Below are positions 39,436 to 49,300 of a stretch of DNA of 64,000 nt, piece after piece. This DNA is from Pseudoalteromonas sp. (GTDB taxonomy: Bacteria; Pseudomonadota; Gammaproteobacteria; Enterobacterales; Alteromonadaceae): positions 244,172 through 308,171 of the forward strand of contig NZ_JBALXK010000003.1 in assembly GCF_036960685.1 (NCBI RefSeq). Reading direction: 5' to 3'. The translations under genes and the position numbers were made by a program. Within the stretch, counting starts at the first letter, position 1, and every line of letters starts with the position of its first letter. Below the pieces are notes generated by a model. It was not told where the DNA came from and made no database searches. It saw nothing but the letters and a program-made list of their open reading frames with translations.

Positions 39436-39466
39436 GCTTAAGTGAAGTCAGAGGCTTCACTTAAGC
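39436..39466 (+). terminator. Stem-loop after phoX
   Basis: 12-bp inverted repeat gcttaagtgaag / cttcacttaagc. Confidence 0.6.
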
Positions 39467-39581
39467 ATCCTGCATTGAAGCGCGCCGCTCGCTTTCTTTA
39501 AATCATATTTTACCCGACATGCAGTTGATAATTTATTTTTGTACCCATTGTGGTTGTAAATTAAGCTGTTAAAGGGAAGTT

Positions 39582-40566
39582 ATGCGCCATTATCCATTAT
39601 ATAAATTAGAGCAAGAGGGCTTAAACCGCTTAGCTCAAGGAGTTTTAAATAGCTATAAACTGGACACCATATCGGACTTAGATGTTGGAAAAGCCATAGC
39701 TAAAGAATGCGAAGATTTACTTGCTTTAGATGAAAACTGTACGCCAGCAGGCATTAGGGAAATTCGCAGTAGGCGTCAGATCAGTGATGATGTTCCAGAT
39801 GACGATATTCATGCGCAAGTTGTTGAAGATGACAACGGTAACTTATTTATTATAAGTGTTTGTCGCAATGATGATGACGAAACCATGTTTGAAATCTTTA
39901 GTGAACAGTCAATATCAGAGGTTGTCGTTAAAGAAGTCATTACTTACATTCGTAAGGTGTTTTGCTGGTGCACACCGGTGCACACCGGTGCACATTTGTG
40001 TTTGGCCAGCGCCAGATTCACCACAAGCACAGCAATTACTGTCATTATCAGGTGCTCGCGCCGTTGATTCTTTGTTAGGTAGCCAAACGCCACTTCTTGA
40101 TGTACGTGATGATTTAAAAACGGCTATCTCTTTGCAGCCCTTTGAACTTGATAAGCATTGGGCTTGGTATGAGCATGAGTACAACCAGTTTCTAACTAAA
40201 AACCCAGCGATGGCAAATATAGTACCAATCAGCGATAACGAAGAGCTGAGTGAGTCTATTGAAGAGGGCTTATGCAGCATGGCTTTTTATCAAGGTCAGC
40301 CCCTAGGTATGATTATGGGCGAGCAAAGTGAAGAGTTGGGCTTTGATGGTTTATTGGTGAGTGATATTTTTATTGCTAAGCAGTTTAGAGGCCAAGGTTT
40401 TGCATCACCCATGTAGCGTTTGTACTATCAGCTGCATGAACCAAATTTTGAGTTCTTTTTTGGTTATATCGATGCGACTAACAAACCGTCTTATTACAAT
40501 GCGCTTAAGCAAGGACGTAAGTTACTTCGCCAAGAGCTATACCTGCCAGCTCAGCTATTTATTTGA
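39582..40566 (+). pseudogene. GNAT-like acetyltransferase pseudogene (10-bp duplication plus in-frame TAG)
   Basis: cacaccggtg duplicated at 39971-39990 shifts the frame; TAG at 40414-40416 interrupts FRGQGFASPM*RLYY...GYIDATNKPSYYNALKQGR. The reconstructed protein is 324 aa. Confidence 0.8.
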
Positions 40567-40724
40567 TTTTAGATCACTAGTTCTGCCCGTAAAGCGACTA
40601 TCATTTAGGTGCTATGAACCTAAATGTAAATTCTTTTTAATTTATTGAAATAGTTTCCTTCTTTCGTCGGTCTTTGCAGGGGAGTATTGATAATAAATAA
40701 TGGGATAGAAGGGCTCGCTATAAT

Positions 40725-41810
40725 ATGACTAAAGATAAACGCAGTACCAAGAATGGCTCCTCAGTCGTACGTAAATGTTTATTGGTCGCCTCGCTTGCAT
40801 GTTTTGCAACTGCGACTTTGTATTTTGCTGGCGCATTTAATGGCGATACAGTGACCGCACAAAGGTTTGTCGATTTACAGCAAGGTGAACAGCCTCACCT
40901 TGGCTTTCGCCGTGCTCATGCGAAAGGGATGTGTGTTTCTGGTCACTTTGAATCGACTGGCGCACTAGCTAGTTATTCCACCGCAGCAATATTTGCTCAG
41001 GGCAATACTGAATTTATGGGGCGTTTTTCAATTGCGGGCAATAATCCTACGGCACCTGATTTAAAAGCACCGGTGCGCAGTTTTGCTTTTGTGGTTAACA
41101 GTGCAACTTCGCAGGAATGGCGTGTGGCGATGAATACTCCACCGGTGATGGCTGTTGCAACACCTGAGGCATTTTTTCAGCAATTGCAGGCGTTAGCGCC
41201 CGATCCAGTCACCAAGCAACGTGATCCTGAAAAAATTAAAGCCTTTTTTAACGCGCACCCAGAAAGTAAAGCATTTAACCAGTGGAAAGCCAGTTATGTG
41301 CCGAGCAATAGCTTTGCTACAGAGTATTACCATAGCATCAATGCATTTTATTTACATAATGAGCAAGGCAAGCAGCAAGCTGTGCGCTGGCAGGCCGTCC
41401 CTCATGATGACTACAATGAGTTCGCAGAGCTTGATAAAAAATCGAGTGATGCCTTACAACAGCAGCTTGCGCAGCAGTTAAAGCACCAACCGGTAAAATT
41501 TGATTTGCTGTTTACCTTGGCAAATAGCAGCGATGATGAAAATAATCCGACAATACCATGGCCCGCAACTCGTAAAACAGTTAATGCTGGCACATTAGTG
41601 ATCACTAATTGGCGCCCCCAAAATGAAGGGAAGTGTGACGCTCAAAACTTTGATCCACTCGTTTTACCTGAAGGAATGAGTGCGACAGCGGATCCTATTT
41701 TGCGTGCCAGAGGTGCGGCGTATGCGCAGTCTTATCGTCGTAGAGCCACTGAAACACTGCTTGATGCTAAATCAGAAAATCAACAAGGAGCACGTAATGG
41801 CAGTAAATAA
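40725..41810 (+). CDS. Catalase-related peroxidase (SrpA-like), exported or membrane-anchored
   Basis: GFRRAHAKG, GRFSIAG, NFDP and DPILRARGAAY motifs; N-terminal hydrophobic segment. Confidence 0.9.
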   Translation: MTKDKRSTKNGSSVVRKCLLVASLACFATATLYFAGAFNGDTVTAQRFVDLQQGEQPHLGFRRAHAKGMCVSGHFESTGALASYSTAAIFAQGNTEFMGRFSIAGNNPTAPDLKAPVRSFAFVVNSATSQEWRVAMNTPPVMAVATPEAFFQQLQALAPDPVTKQRDPEKIKAFFNAHPESKAFNQWKASYVPSNSFATEYYHSINAFYLHNEQGKQQAVRWQAVPHDDYNEFAELDKKSSDALQQQLAQQLKHQPVKFDLLFTLANSSDDENNPTIPWPATRKTVNAGTLVITNWRPQNEGKCDAQNFDPLVLPEGMSATADPILRARGAAYAQSYRRRATETLLDAKSENQQGARNGSK

Positions 41811-42330
41811 AGGTTACTCAGCAACCAGTCGAACTTTGCATTGGACTATGGCGTTACTTTTGATTTCGATGCTCTTTTTAGGGTTATCAATGGTGCAAAG
41901 CTTGGCTGTTTGGCAAGTTGAAGCTGTCGCACTGCATAAGTCATTTGGCTTTTTGGCATTGTTGCTGGTGGTTGTAAGGCTGATAAATAAAGCGTTTAGT
42001 GTCACACCTGCATTGCCTAATGAGCTACCAGCAATCCAGCGGTTAGCAGCATCGATAACTCATTTGGGCCTTTATATCGCGATGATCCTCATGCCGTTAT
42101 CAGGTTGGTTGATGCAAAATGCTGATGGGCGAGTAATTCAAGTATTTGGGCTTTTTACTTTACCTAACTTAGTTGATGCGGATATTAAATACTTTGCGTT
42201 TTTTCGAGAATTACATGGGATAACTGCGTGGTTATTTTTAGTAATGATCTTTATGCACATCAGCGCGGCGTTATATCACGGCTTGATTAAGCAAGATGGC
42301 GTAATGAGTAAAATGCTTAGCGGTAAGTAA
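41797..42330 (+). CDS. Cytochrome b561
   Basis: LHWTMA, LHKSFG, HLGLY..M..MPLSGW, HG and HISAALYH; ATG 41797 overlaps the peroxidase stop. Confidence 0.9.
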   Translation: MAVNKGYSATSRTLHWTMALLLISMLFLGLSMVQSLAVWQVEAVALHKSFGFLALLLVVVRLINKAFSVTPALPNELPAIQRLAASITHLGLYIAMILMPLSGWLMQNADGRVIQVFGLFTLPNLVDADIKYFAFFRELHGITAWLFLVMIFMHISAALYHGLIKQDGVMSKMLSGK

Positions 42331-42354
42331 TAACTGATTTATTAGAGCTAATAA

Positions 42355-42377
42355 AAAGGCCAGCAATGCTGGCCTTT
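42355..42377. terminator. Hairpin between convergent genes
   Basis: aaaggccagc-aat-gctggccttt. Confidence 0.65.
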
Positions 42378-42388
42378 GGCTTTTTAGT

Positions 42389-43168
42389 TTACTCATAACC
42401 TCTCGCTTTTTTGGTTTTGATTACTGCAATATAACCGTGCCAACTGGCGTAACTAAGTAGCGGCATAATGACAATAAACCCGGTAGCGCCAGTCATAAAA
42501 CCAATGGCAACCAATACAAAAATACAGCCAGACCAAACAATCATCGCGCTAAAATTAGTTTTTACCGCATTCATAGAAGACATAACAGCGGTCATTATAT
42601 CGACTCGTCTTTCCATCATAATTTGCGGCGTAAATGCTGAAATGGCAAATACAGTGACGAGCAATATTCCGCCAATGATGGTGCCTAAAGTTAAAAATGC
42701 CGAGAGTTCTTCAAACGTAGGGTTTGCATGACTTGGGTATAATGCGTGTACTAAAGCTGCTAGGCGCATCCAGATAATCATGATCACCATAAGTAATACT
42801 GCAAACCCCCATTCACCCGCAGGGTTTCTGAACATTGATTTTAATGAGTGCAATAAAGTAGGGGAGTGACCTTTTTCAAGCTCCCAAGCAATATCGTATA
42901 AACCTACAGCAAATGCAGGCCCTATTAGAGCAAACGCGACTGTTGCAGGAAGTATAACAAGGTAAGTGCCGGCATAAACGCCGCTGTAAATAATGGCCAG
43001 TGGGATTATTGTAAAAATTAATCCATAAATTAAGCTCAGTATAGGGGCTCGCATCATGTCTTGAAAAGCAAGAGCTAACCAATGAAAAGCTGCAAAAGTA
43101 CTTACTTTATTGCACTCTAAACAACGTGCAAACTCAGTGTTTTTATTAAGTGTGTTCGATGACGGCAT
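42389..43168 (-). CDS. DUF2189 integral membrane protein
   Basis: WL..AFQD, GP.FAVGLYDIAWELE.G and MPLLSYASWHGY motifs. Confidence 0.85.
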   Translation of the reverse strand: MPSSNTLNKNTEFARCLECNKVSTFAAFHWLALAFQDMMRAPILSLIYGLIFTIIPLAIIYSGVYAGTYLVILPATVAFALIGPAFAVGLYDIAWELEKGHSPTLLHSLKSMFRNPAGEWGFAVLLMVIMIIWMRLAALVHALYPSHANPTFEELSAFLTLGTIIGGILLVTVFAISAFTPQIMMERRVDIMTAVMSSMNAVKTNFSAMIVWSGCIFVLVAIGFMTGATGFIVIMPLLSYASWHGYIAVIKTKKARGYE

Positions 43169-43249
43169 AAGAGTCTTCCTGTGTTAGGCTACTCTTTAGG
43201 TTTAGAACAAATCACTATTATTTACAAATTTCAACTAAACTATAGCTCT

Positions 43250-45418
43250 TTACTGATAAGCCTTTTGTTGAATAAGTAAAAGCAACTCAGCGGTAGCGCT
43301 AGCATCAGCTAAAGCACGGTGATGGTTAGTTAATGCTAAGCCAAAATGCGCGGATAAGTTACCAAGCGAGTAAGACTTAAGCCCTGCAAAGGCTTTACGT
43401 GATTCAACCACAGTACACAGCTTGGGCATTTTAAAATTAATGCCTGCCATTTCACACTCTTTACGGATAAAGCCATAATCAAAATTGACATTGTGGGCGA
43501 CAAAAATACTGCCTTGTAACTTGCTCACTAGTGTATCGGCAATGTGGTTAAAGCTAGGTGCAGACGCAACCATGGCGTCGGTGATCCCCGTTAACGACAC
43601 AATAAATTTAGGAATACGCATTTGCGGATTCACCAGTGTTGACCAAGTTTCGATAACCTTGCCGTGCTGCATTTTCACAAGGCCAATTTCAGTGATCCGA
43701 TTGCCGCCTTTTAAATTACCGGTTGTTTCAATGTCGACCACACTGTAAATACGGTTAGGGTCGTTAACCCAATTCACGGCTGCAATTTGTACGTTAAATC
43801 TAGATTGTTTCAGGTTATCGATGGTGGTTAGCTGATTACGCCTAAGTTTATCACCGGGCGCTTTAACCTCTTCAAAATAGACGGTGCTGTCCTTTAAAAT
43901 CATTAGATCAGGGTAGCCGTCTTTTAGTTCTAAAAAGCGCATGCTCATGTTTTTTAAGTGGCTTTTTAGCGCTGTAACAGGGCTATTTAAAATAAGTACT
44001 TCTAATGGTTTTAACAGCTCAGTGTGCCAACGAAATAAGCCATTTGGTTGCTCAAAATAGCGCGCCGCGTTTTTGCACACATGCTTTAGTAAATCATCAG
44101 GTGTTTGCCACTGCGCAAGTAGTGCATCAATTTGCTGCTGTTGTGTGTGATAAAAGCTATTCGCGCGCAATACGTGTGGAAATAAATCAAATTCATTACA
44201 CGGTGGGTGAGGCGTTTCTACGTAAAGTTCGTGCCAAAATACCAGGCCAAACAGGCTTTGCCATAGCGTGTTCTCGGTGTTAAATGCTTGCAGGCCTTGG
44301 TTTGCATAATACTGTGCCACTCCTAGCTCTACATCGCCGCGATAAATCTCATCTATTTCAATTACACACTGTGTATCCGCAAGCATGGTGCTTAATCGAG
44401 AGCGGGTTTGTTTATTGAATTTACGCATTAAGAAATCATCGGCAAAATAGAGCTGATCATCGGTCAGTGGATCTTCAATAATGGTTTCAAGCTTTGCTTT
44501 AACCCAGTCCTTATTACCTTGGCGATATTGCTCGCGTATTTGTATTTCTGTGGCTTCAGGACTATTTTCACAGGCGTTTAATATTTTAAAACTGAGTTTT
44601 TCATCTACTTTTTTTAGCTGCTGGTAGAGCCTCAGTAATAGCTTATTTTTAAGATTAACTGCCAGTGTGCCTTGTGCTTGTTGCGTAATTACCTCGTGAG
44701 CTAAACTTGGGTATTGCTCGTCATTTTTTATGTTCTTAAATGCCAAACGAGAGCGGTTTAACGTATAGTTCGATTTTGCCTCATCTAAAGTATCAAAGCG
44801 CGCCAAGCTCTGTTCGTGACTTTGCCTTGTTGCTCTAACGCCTAAATCACGCAGTACAAAACTATTTTGATGATTGATATCGCCACTACTTAAACGGCCA
44901 ATGTATAAAAACTCAAAGTACTCATAAATATCAGCGCGGTTGTTAATTATAAATTGGTGATACAAAGGGGTTAAATACTCAAGTTTGCAGGCAAAAAAAT
45001 CGCAAGCCTTTGTTACTAATGTCGCTTTGGCAGCACTTTTTTTAATATTCAATGTAGTCGTAAACGGCGATAGTAGCTCAAGTAATGCTGGTTTTGTTAA
45101 ATGAGCAAGCACGTGTTGGTAGTCGCTGTTGCTTGGGTGTGCAATTAGGCCCGCGTGTTCTAATTCTGTAATTGCCTGTGCCGGACTAGGTATTTCATCA
45201 TAATCGAGAGTGTGTATTGCCACTAACAAGGGCTTTCGTGAATAAATACGCGCAAGCATGCATTGGCCTTGCTCACTTAGGTTAGTAACTTGTGTAATAA
45301 AATCAAAATGCTTTTGCTCTAACAAGTGATTGCATTGGGTGTTTATAAATGCGAGTAACTCATGAAAATGAGCTAAATAATATTTCGCTGGAAGCGCTTT
45401 GTGCATCACGTTTATCAT
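43250..45418 (-). CDS. FAN1-like VRR-NUC nuclease fused to a C-terminal DEDDh 3'-5' exonuclease
   Basis: YYLAHF N-terminus; GYPDL...FEEVKAPGD.L...Q; then VVDIETTG, FVAHNVNFD, CTV and HHRALADA. Confidence 0.9.
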   Translation of the reverse strand: MINVMHKALPAKYYLAHFHELLAFINTQCNHLLEQKHFDFITQVTNLSEQGQCMLARIYSRKPLLVAIHTLDYDEIPSPAQAITELEHAGLIAHPSNSDYQHVLAHLTKPALLELLSPFTTTLNIKKSAAKATLVTKACDFFACKLEYLTPLYHQFIINNRADIYEYFEFLYIGRLSSGDINHQNSFVLRDLGVRATRQSHEQSLARFDTLDEAKSNYTLNRSRLAFKNIKNDEQYPSLAHEVITQQAQGTLAVNLKNKLLLRLYQQLKKVDEKLSFKILNACENSPEATEIQIREQYRQGNKDWVKAKLETIIEDPLTDDQLYFADDFLMRKFNKQTRSRLSTMLADTQCVIEIDEIYRGDVELGVAQYYANQGLQAFNTENTLWQSLFGLVFWHELYVETPHPPCNEFDLFPHVLRANSFYHTQQQQIDALLAQWQTPDDLLKHVCKNAARYFEQPNGLFRWHTELLKPLEVLILNSPVTALKSHLKNMSMRFLELKDGYPDLMILKDSTVYFEEVKAPGDKLRRNQLTTIDNLKQSRFNVQIAAVNWVNDPNRIYSVVDIETTGNLKGGNRITEIGLVKMQHGKVIETWSTLVNPQMRIPKFIVSLTGITDAMVASAPSFNHIADTLVSKLQGSIFVAHNVNFDYGFIRKECEMAGINFKMPKLCTVVESRKAFAGLKSYSLGNLSAHFGLALTNHHRALADASATAELLLLIQQKAYQ

Positions 45419-45427
45419 TTACTAGTG

Positions 45428-45443
45428 CTGTATATATAAACAG
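45428..45443. promoter_or_regulatory. LexA (SOS) box
   Basis: CTGTATATATAAACAG (CTG-N10-CAG, one mismatch to the consensus core), 9 bp upstream of the nuclease ATG. Confidence 0.85.
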
Positions 45444-45781
45444 TGTACTGTAATTTATTTAGCTAGGCCATAAAAATAAAAGAACAACCTGAGTGATGTT
45501 AATTTATGGTCGCTCTTGCTACTTTAATTGGATGATTATAGCTAAAACGTCTTTTAAAATTAATTGCTTAAGGTATTTAACGTTGAATTATTGCTTGGTA
45601 CTGATCTGTATCTCTTAAGTGTTGCAAGCCTTGATTAAAATCGTCACGTAAAAAGTTATCTTTAAAGCTTACTTAGTGATGCGTTTCAATGGGAAAGATA
45701 TCATGGAAATCTATTTGTTTAACTGTGTCATATGTAGAGGCTAGTTTGTTTATAAGTTTTTGAAATATATATTTATCTACA

Positions 45782-46232
45782 ATTCCACTGCCGGTGGATT
45801 TTACGCTCACGGGTCGTGCATATAAAAGCTAAACTTTAATTACCTGTTATTATACCAATCGGCTTAAATATTTAACCATTCTAGCGTGCTAAATAAAGCG
45901 CTAACTGCGTTATAAATTTCTCAAGTAGAACAACTACATGTCGAAATTTATGCCTTGTTATCACTCTATTTATCTATCGCTATAAATGGCTAATAACTTG
46001 ACACGATTGGTATCAATTATCCGCAAGTACAGAACAAGATTGCCAAATGTTGCATAAAGGTGGTTTAACCACTTGTATGGATGCGGCAATTATTTTTAAT
46101 GATCGTTGTTATGGCACGTTAAATGTTGCGCGAATTGCAGGGCGCTTTAGCGAGCAAGAAGCTATTCAATTGTTTTGTATCGCGAGTATATTGGGGTTAA
46201 GTTTTAGGGCTTGTGATAGTCGCTCAGCATAG
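45782..46232 (+). pseudogene. Decayed GAF-domain gene (probably a sensor of a GGDEF-type protein) interrupted by a MITE-like element
   Basis: IPLPVDFTLTGRAYKS*TLITCY (45782-45850) continues after the insert as QLSASTEQDCQMLHKGGLTTCMDAAIIFNDRCYGTLNVA, a GAF-like pattern. Confidence 0.6.
45852..46013. mobile_element. ~162-bp MITE/ERIC-like imperfect palindromic element
   Basis: Terminal inverted repeats ATACCAATCG...CGATTGGTAT; internal dyad AAATTTC..GTAG-AACAA-CTAC..GAAATTT; no coding capacity. Confidence 0.7.
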
Positions 46233-46287
46233 CTGACAAGTGCAGCTTATGTGCTCATGAGCTTAGCGTGGTTTATGCGGGGGAAAT

Positions 46288-46318
46288 AAAAGCAGGTGAG
46301 TTAGCTCACCTGCTTTTT
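46288..46318 (-). terminator. Terminator of the S8 protease gene (could act in both directions)
   Basis: aaaagcaggtgag-ttag-ctcacctgctttt. Confidence 0.8.
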
Positions 46319-46339
46319 AATTACTAAATTAACAACGGG

Positions 46340-49300
46340 TTAATCTAGCGAGTAAGCACGTAATACCGATTGATCAGTGCTGTTGTTTTTAGCATCAGTC
46401 ACAATCACACGTAAGTGAACAAATTGACCAGCCTCAGCGGCATTTGGAATAGTTGCATACCATTGACCACCAATATTCTCAACTTTTGCTACTTCTGAGA
46501 TATCCTCAGGTAGTACGCGGTCATTAAGTGTCGGATAGCTAGTGCTTTCGTCTTGACGACATCTGCCATAGCCATACATTCTACATTCACGGCCGTAGCT
46601 GTAGCTTACTTGTACATTGGTTAAATCAACAACGCCGTCAGCTTCAGATACAGCACCAATTTTGATTTTTACAGGTGTATTTGCAGTCGCCGTATTTTGT
46701 AAGTCTAAAGGCACATCAATAGAAGGTATTAACATTGATTGCGGCCCTTGGCTATCAGCGCTGGTGGTAAACGTGTGAGTTACGAAAAGTTCTGCACTTA
46801 GCTGTTCATTAGCTTGGTGAGTTGCACCTACTGCACGCTTAGAAGTATTGATTGAATATTCGACTACGGCCGGTTCATCAGGTAGCTCTAAGTAACCATT
46901 ACTTAAATAAACTTGTTCACCGTTGAGTGTTAAACCATAAGATGAACTTAGACTGTACCCTAAACCACCATCATGACCATTACTATCACCATATGCAGCA
47001 TTTGCAATGTGCAATAGATTTGTATCGCGATAAGCGCGCGAGCGACCACTGGTTAGTAAAGCGGCGCCCCAAGGTGCTTTATCCCAGCTTGTTGCTGTGT
47101 GGCTACCAATAACATGTTCTCGAGAACCATCAAATAAGCCACCATCGGTGTTAAAGTAAATACTTGGCATAACTAGATTAGTCCAAGCGACCCTTGGTAA
47201 TGCTTTATCTTTACCTTTTAGTGGTTCTGCCGCTTTAGTTGCCGTAAAGTACTCAGTACGCACGCTTGGTGTGGCAATTAGCTGTGGGCTGCCCGTGGCA
47301 TAAAACTCTCCTGTGCTTGGTAGATTTGCATAAATATCAGAATACTTAATGCGGGCTTCACCTTGTGTATAGTGGGTTGTTTCGATGGCTGATAAATCTT
47401 TGTTTTTAACTTTAATGGTGCCTGTCATGATTTTACCATCATTCAAGTGCGCTAAGTTATAAACATAAGGTGAATGCTCATGCGCAATACCTGACCAGTT
47501 AATTGTTAACTCTGGATTTTGTTCTAACTCTGCATAGATTTTTTCCATTTCACTTTGCGCAATTGCTGCCACTGGAATATCGTAGCGGCCAGATATGTTT
47601 GGTTTATAGCGGCCAGTACGATTATTAACAGAACCAATTACACCTACAGCGCCATGCTCTTGTGCATTTTTGATTTGCGTGCCAGTAATATAAAAGTCTG
47701 CATCGACGAGAGCAATTTTACCTGCGACATCAAATTGACTCCAATCAGTTGAGTAACCACCATCACCGACCGCAACAACCTCAGCGCTGCCTTGGCCATT
47801 AAATGATTTTGCAGCACCTGCTAAAATGTACTCAAGTTGGGTGCCGTTTTCAGTGGTGATAACGGGTTTTGGCGCAAAAGCACGGGTTGTTAAAAAGCTT
47901 CTAAAACGCTCATCATAGCCAGTTGATTTTGTATAAAAACCAGTTACATAGTCAGGCGCAAGTTCCATTGCAGCGAGCTTCAGTGTGTCTTTTTCGCTTA
48001 ACGCATAAGTGAAACCAAATGAGAAACCTTGCATTTGTGAAGGTTTATCCGTTTTAAAGGTCACAGGCTCAGCGGTGCTTGCATCAAAACTAATACTGGT
48101 ATCTACGTCTAAATCCACACCTAATTCGGCCATCATAGTTGCAGATTCTACTAAGCCGCCAAAAGGGGTTGGATTATCATAAGTCATAATATGACTGACA
48201 ACACTGTATTTACCTTTCGGTAGTTCAACAGTCGCTGTACCATTGGTAAATTGACCTGATTGACCCCAAGTATCTTCACCACTCATGATATAAAACTTAG
48301 ATGGGCTTGCTGCCGGAAGGCCTAAACGGTCATTGGCATTAAGTATTAGGTTCATTGTTGGTGGTTCAATCCAGAAGGATACAGGCACGGTAATCTTTTG
48401 TAAGTCGTCAAACTTACCATTTTTATAATGGCCTTTCTTTTTGCCATTGTGAGATTTTACCTCCGTCCCTTTAATACGACCTGTTATCGTACCGTAAGCT
48501 GCGTTTTCTAGTGCTACAGTTGGGTTGATCCACACCGGTACTTCAACGCTGCTGTTAGCTCCAATTGTAACGCGTTTAGCATCAAGACCTGCAAGGTTGT
48601 AGGCTGATAATGGCTTGTCGTCTTCACCGACAAAAGTCACCTCTAAATCAAATGTCACATCTTCATCACTGATATTTTCTAAAGTAACACTGCTTTGGTG
48701 ACTTTCAACCGGGTTTTGTGAGTCAAAGAAACCCAGTTCAAGGTTTGGTTGCGCAATTACAGATTGCACCATCGCTTGGTTGACGTCCATTGGACCCGCG
48801 CCTTGGTCAAGTACATGGGCACGGGTTTCGGTGACAGATGAAGTTAAAACTGCTTTTAATTGCTGTGGCGTAAGCTCTGGGCGAGCTTGTAATACCACTG
48901 CTGCACCGCCTGCAACGTGTGGTGCAGACATCGAAGTTCCTGAGTTAGCACGATACGCATACTCGCCTTTACCACCTGATGCTGCCGCGATAACGTTCAC
49001 ACCTTGAGAGGTAATATCAGGTTTGGCTGAGTGCCCATCTGGTGAAGGACCTCGGCTTGAGAATTCAGCGGTTACATTTTCACGATCTGCGGCGCCAACG
49101 GTTAAGGCATATGGTGAACAACCTGGAGAGCCAATAGTTTCACGGATAAAATTGTTACCTGCAGAGATGACGAATAACGCTTGATCTTTTAATGCTTCAA
49201 CCATTTCAACCATAGGGCCGTCACAGGCTGTCACTGAGCCACCTAACGACATATTAACGATATCAGCACCATTATCAACGGCCCACTGCATACCAGCAAG

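Noticed and set aside
40725-42330. Catalase-related peroxidase plus cytochrome b561 as a new system
   Set aside because: This pairing is already known (SrpA-like peroxidase with cytochrome b); nothing unusual was seen.
43250-43790. Calling this dnaQ
   Set aside because: The DEDDh domain is the C-terminal part of a VRR-NUC fusion, not the polymerase epsilon subunit.
46047-46232. 61-aa ORF as an independent gene
   Set aside because: It is better explained as the 3' remnant of the interrupted GAF gene.
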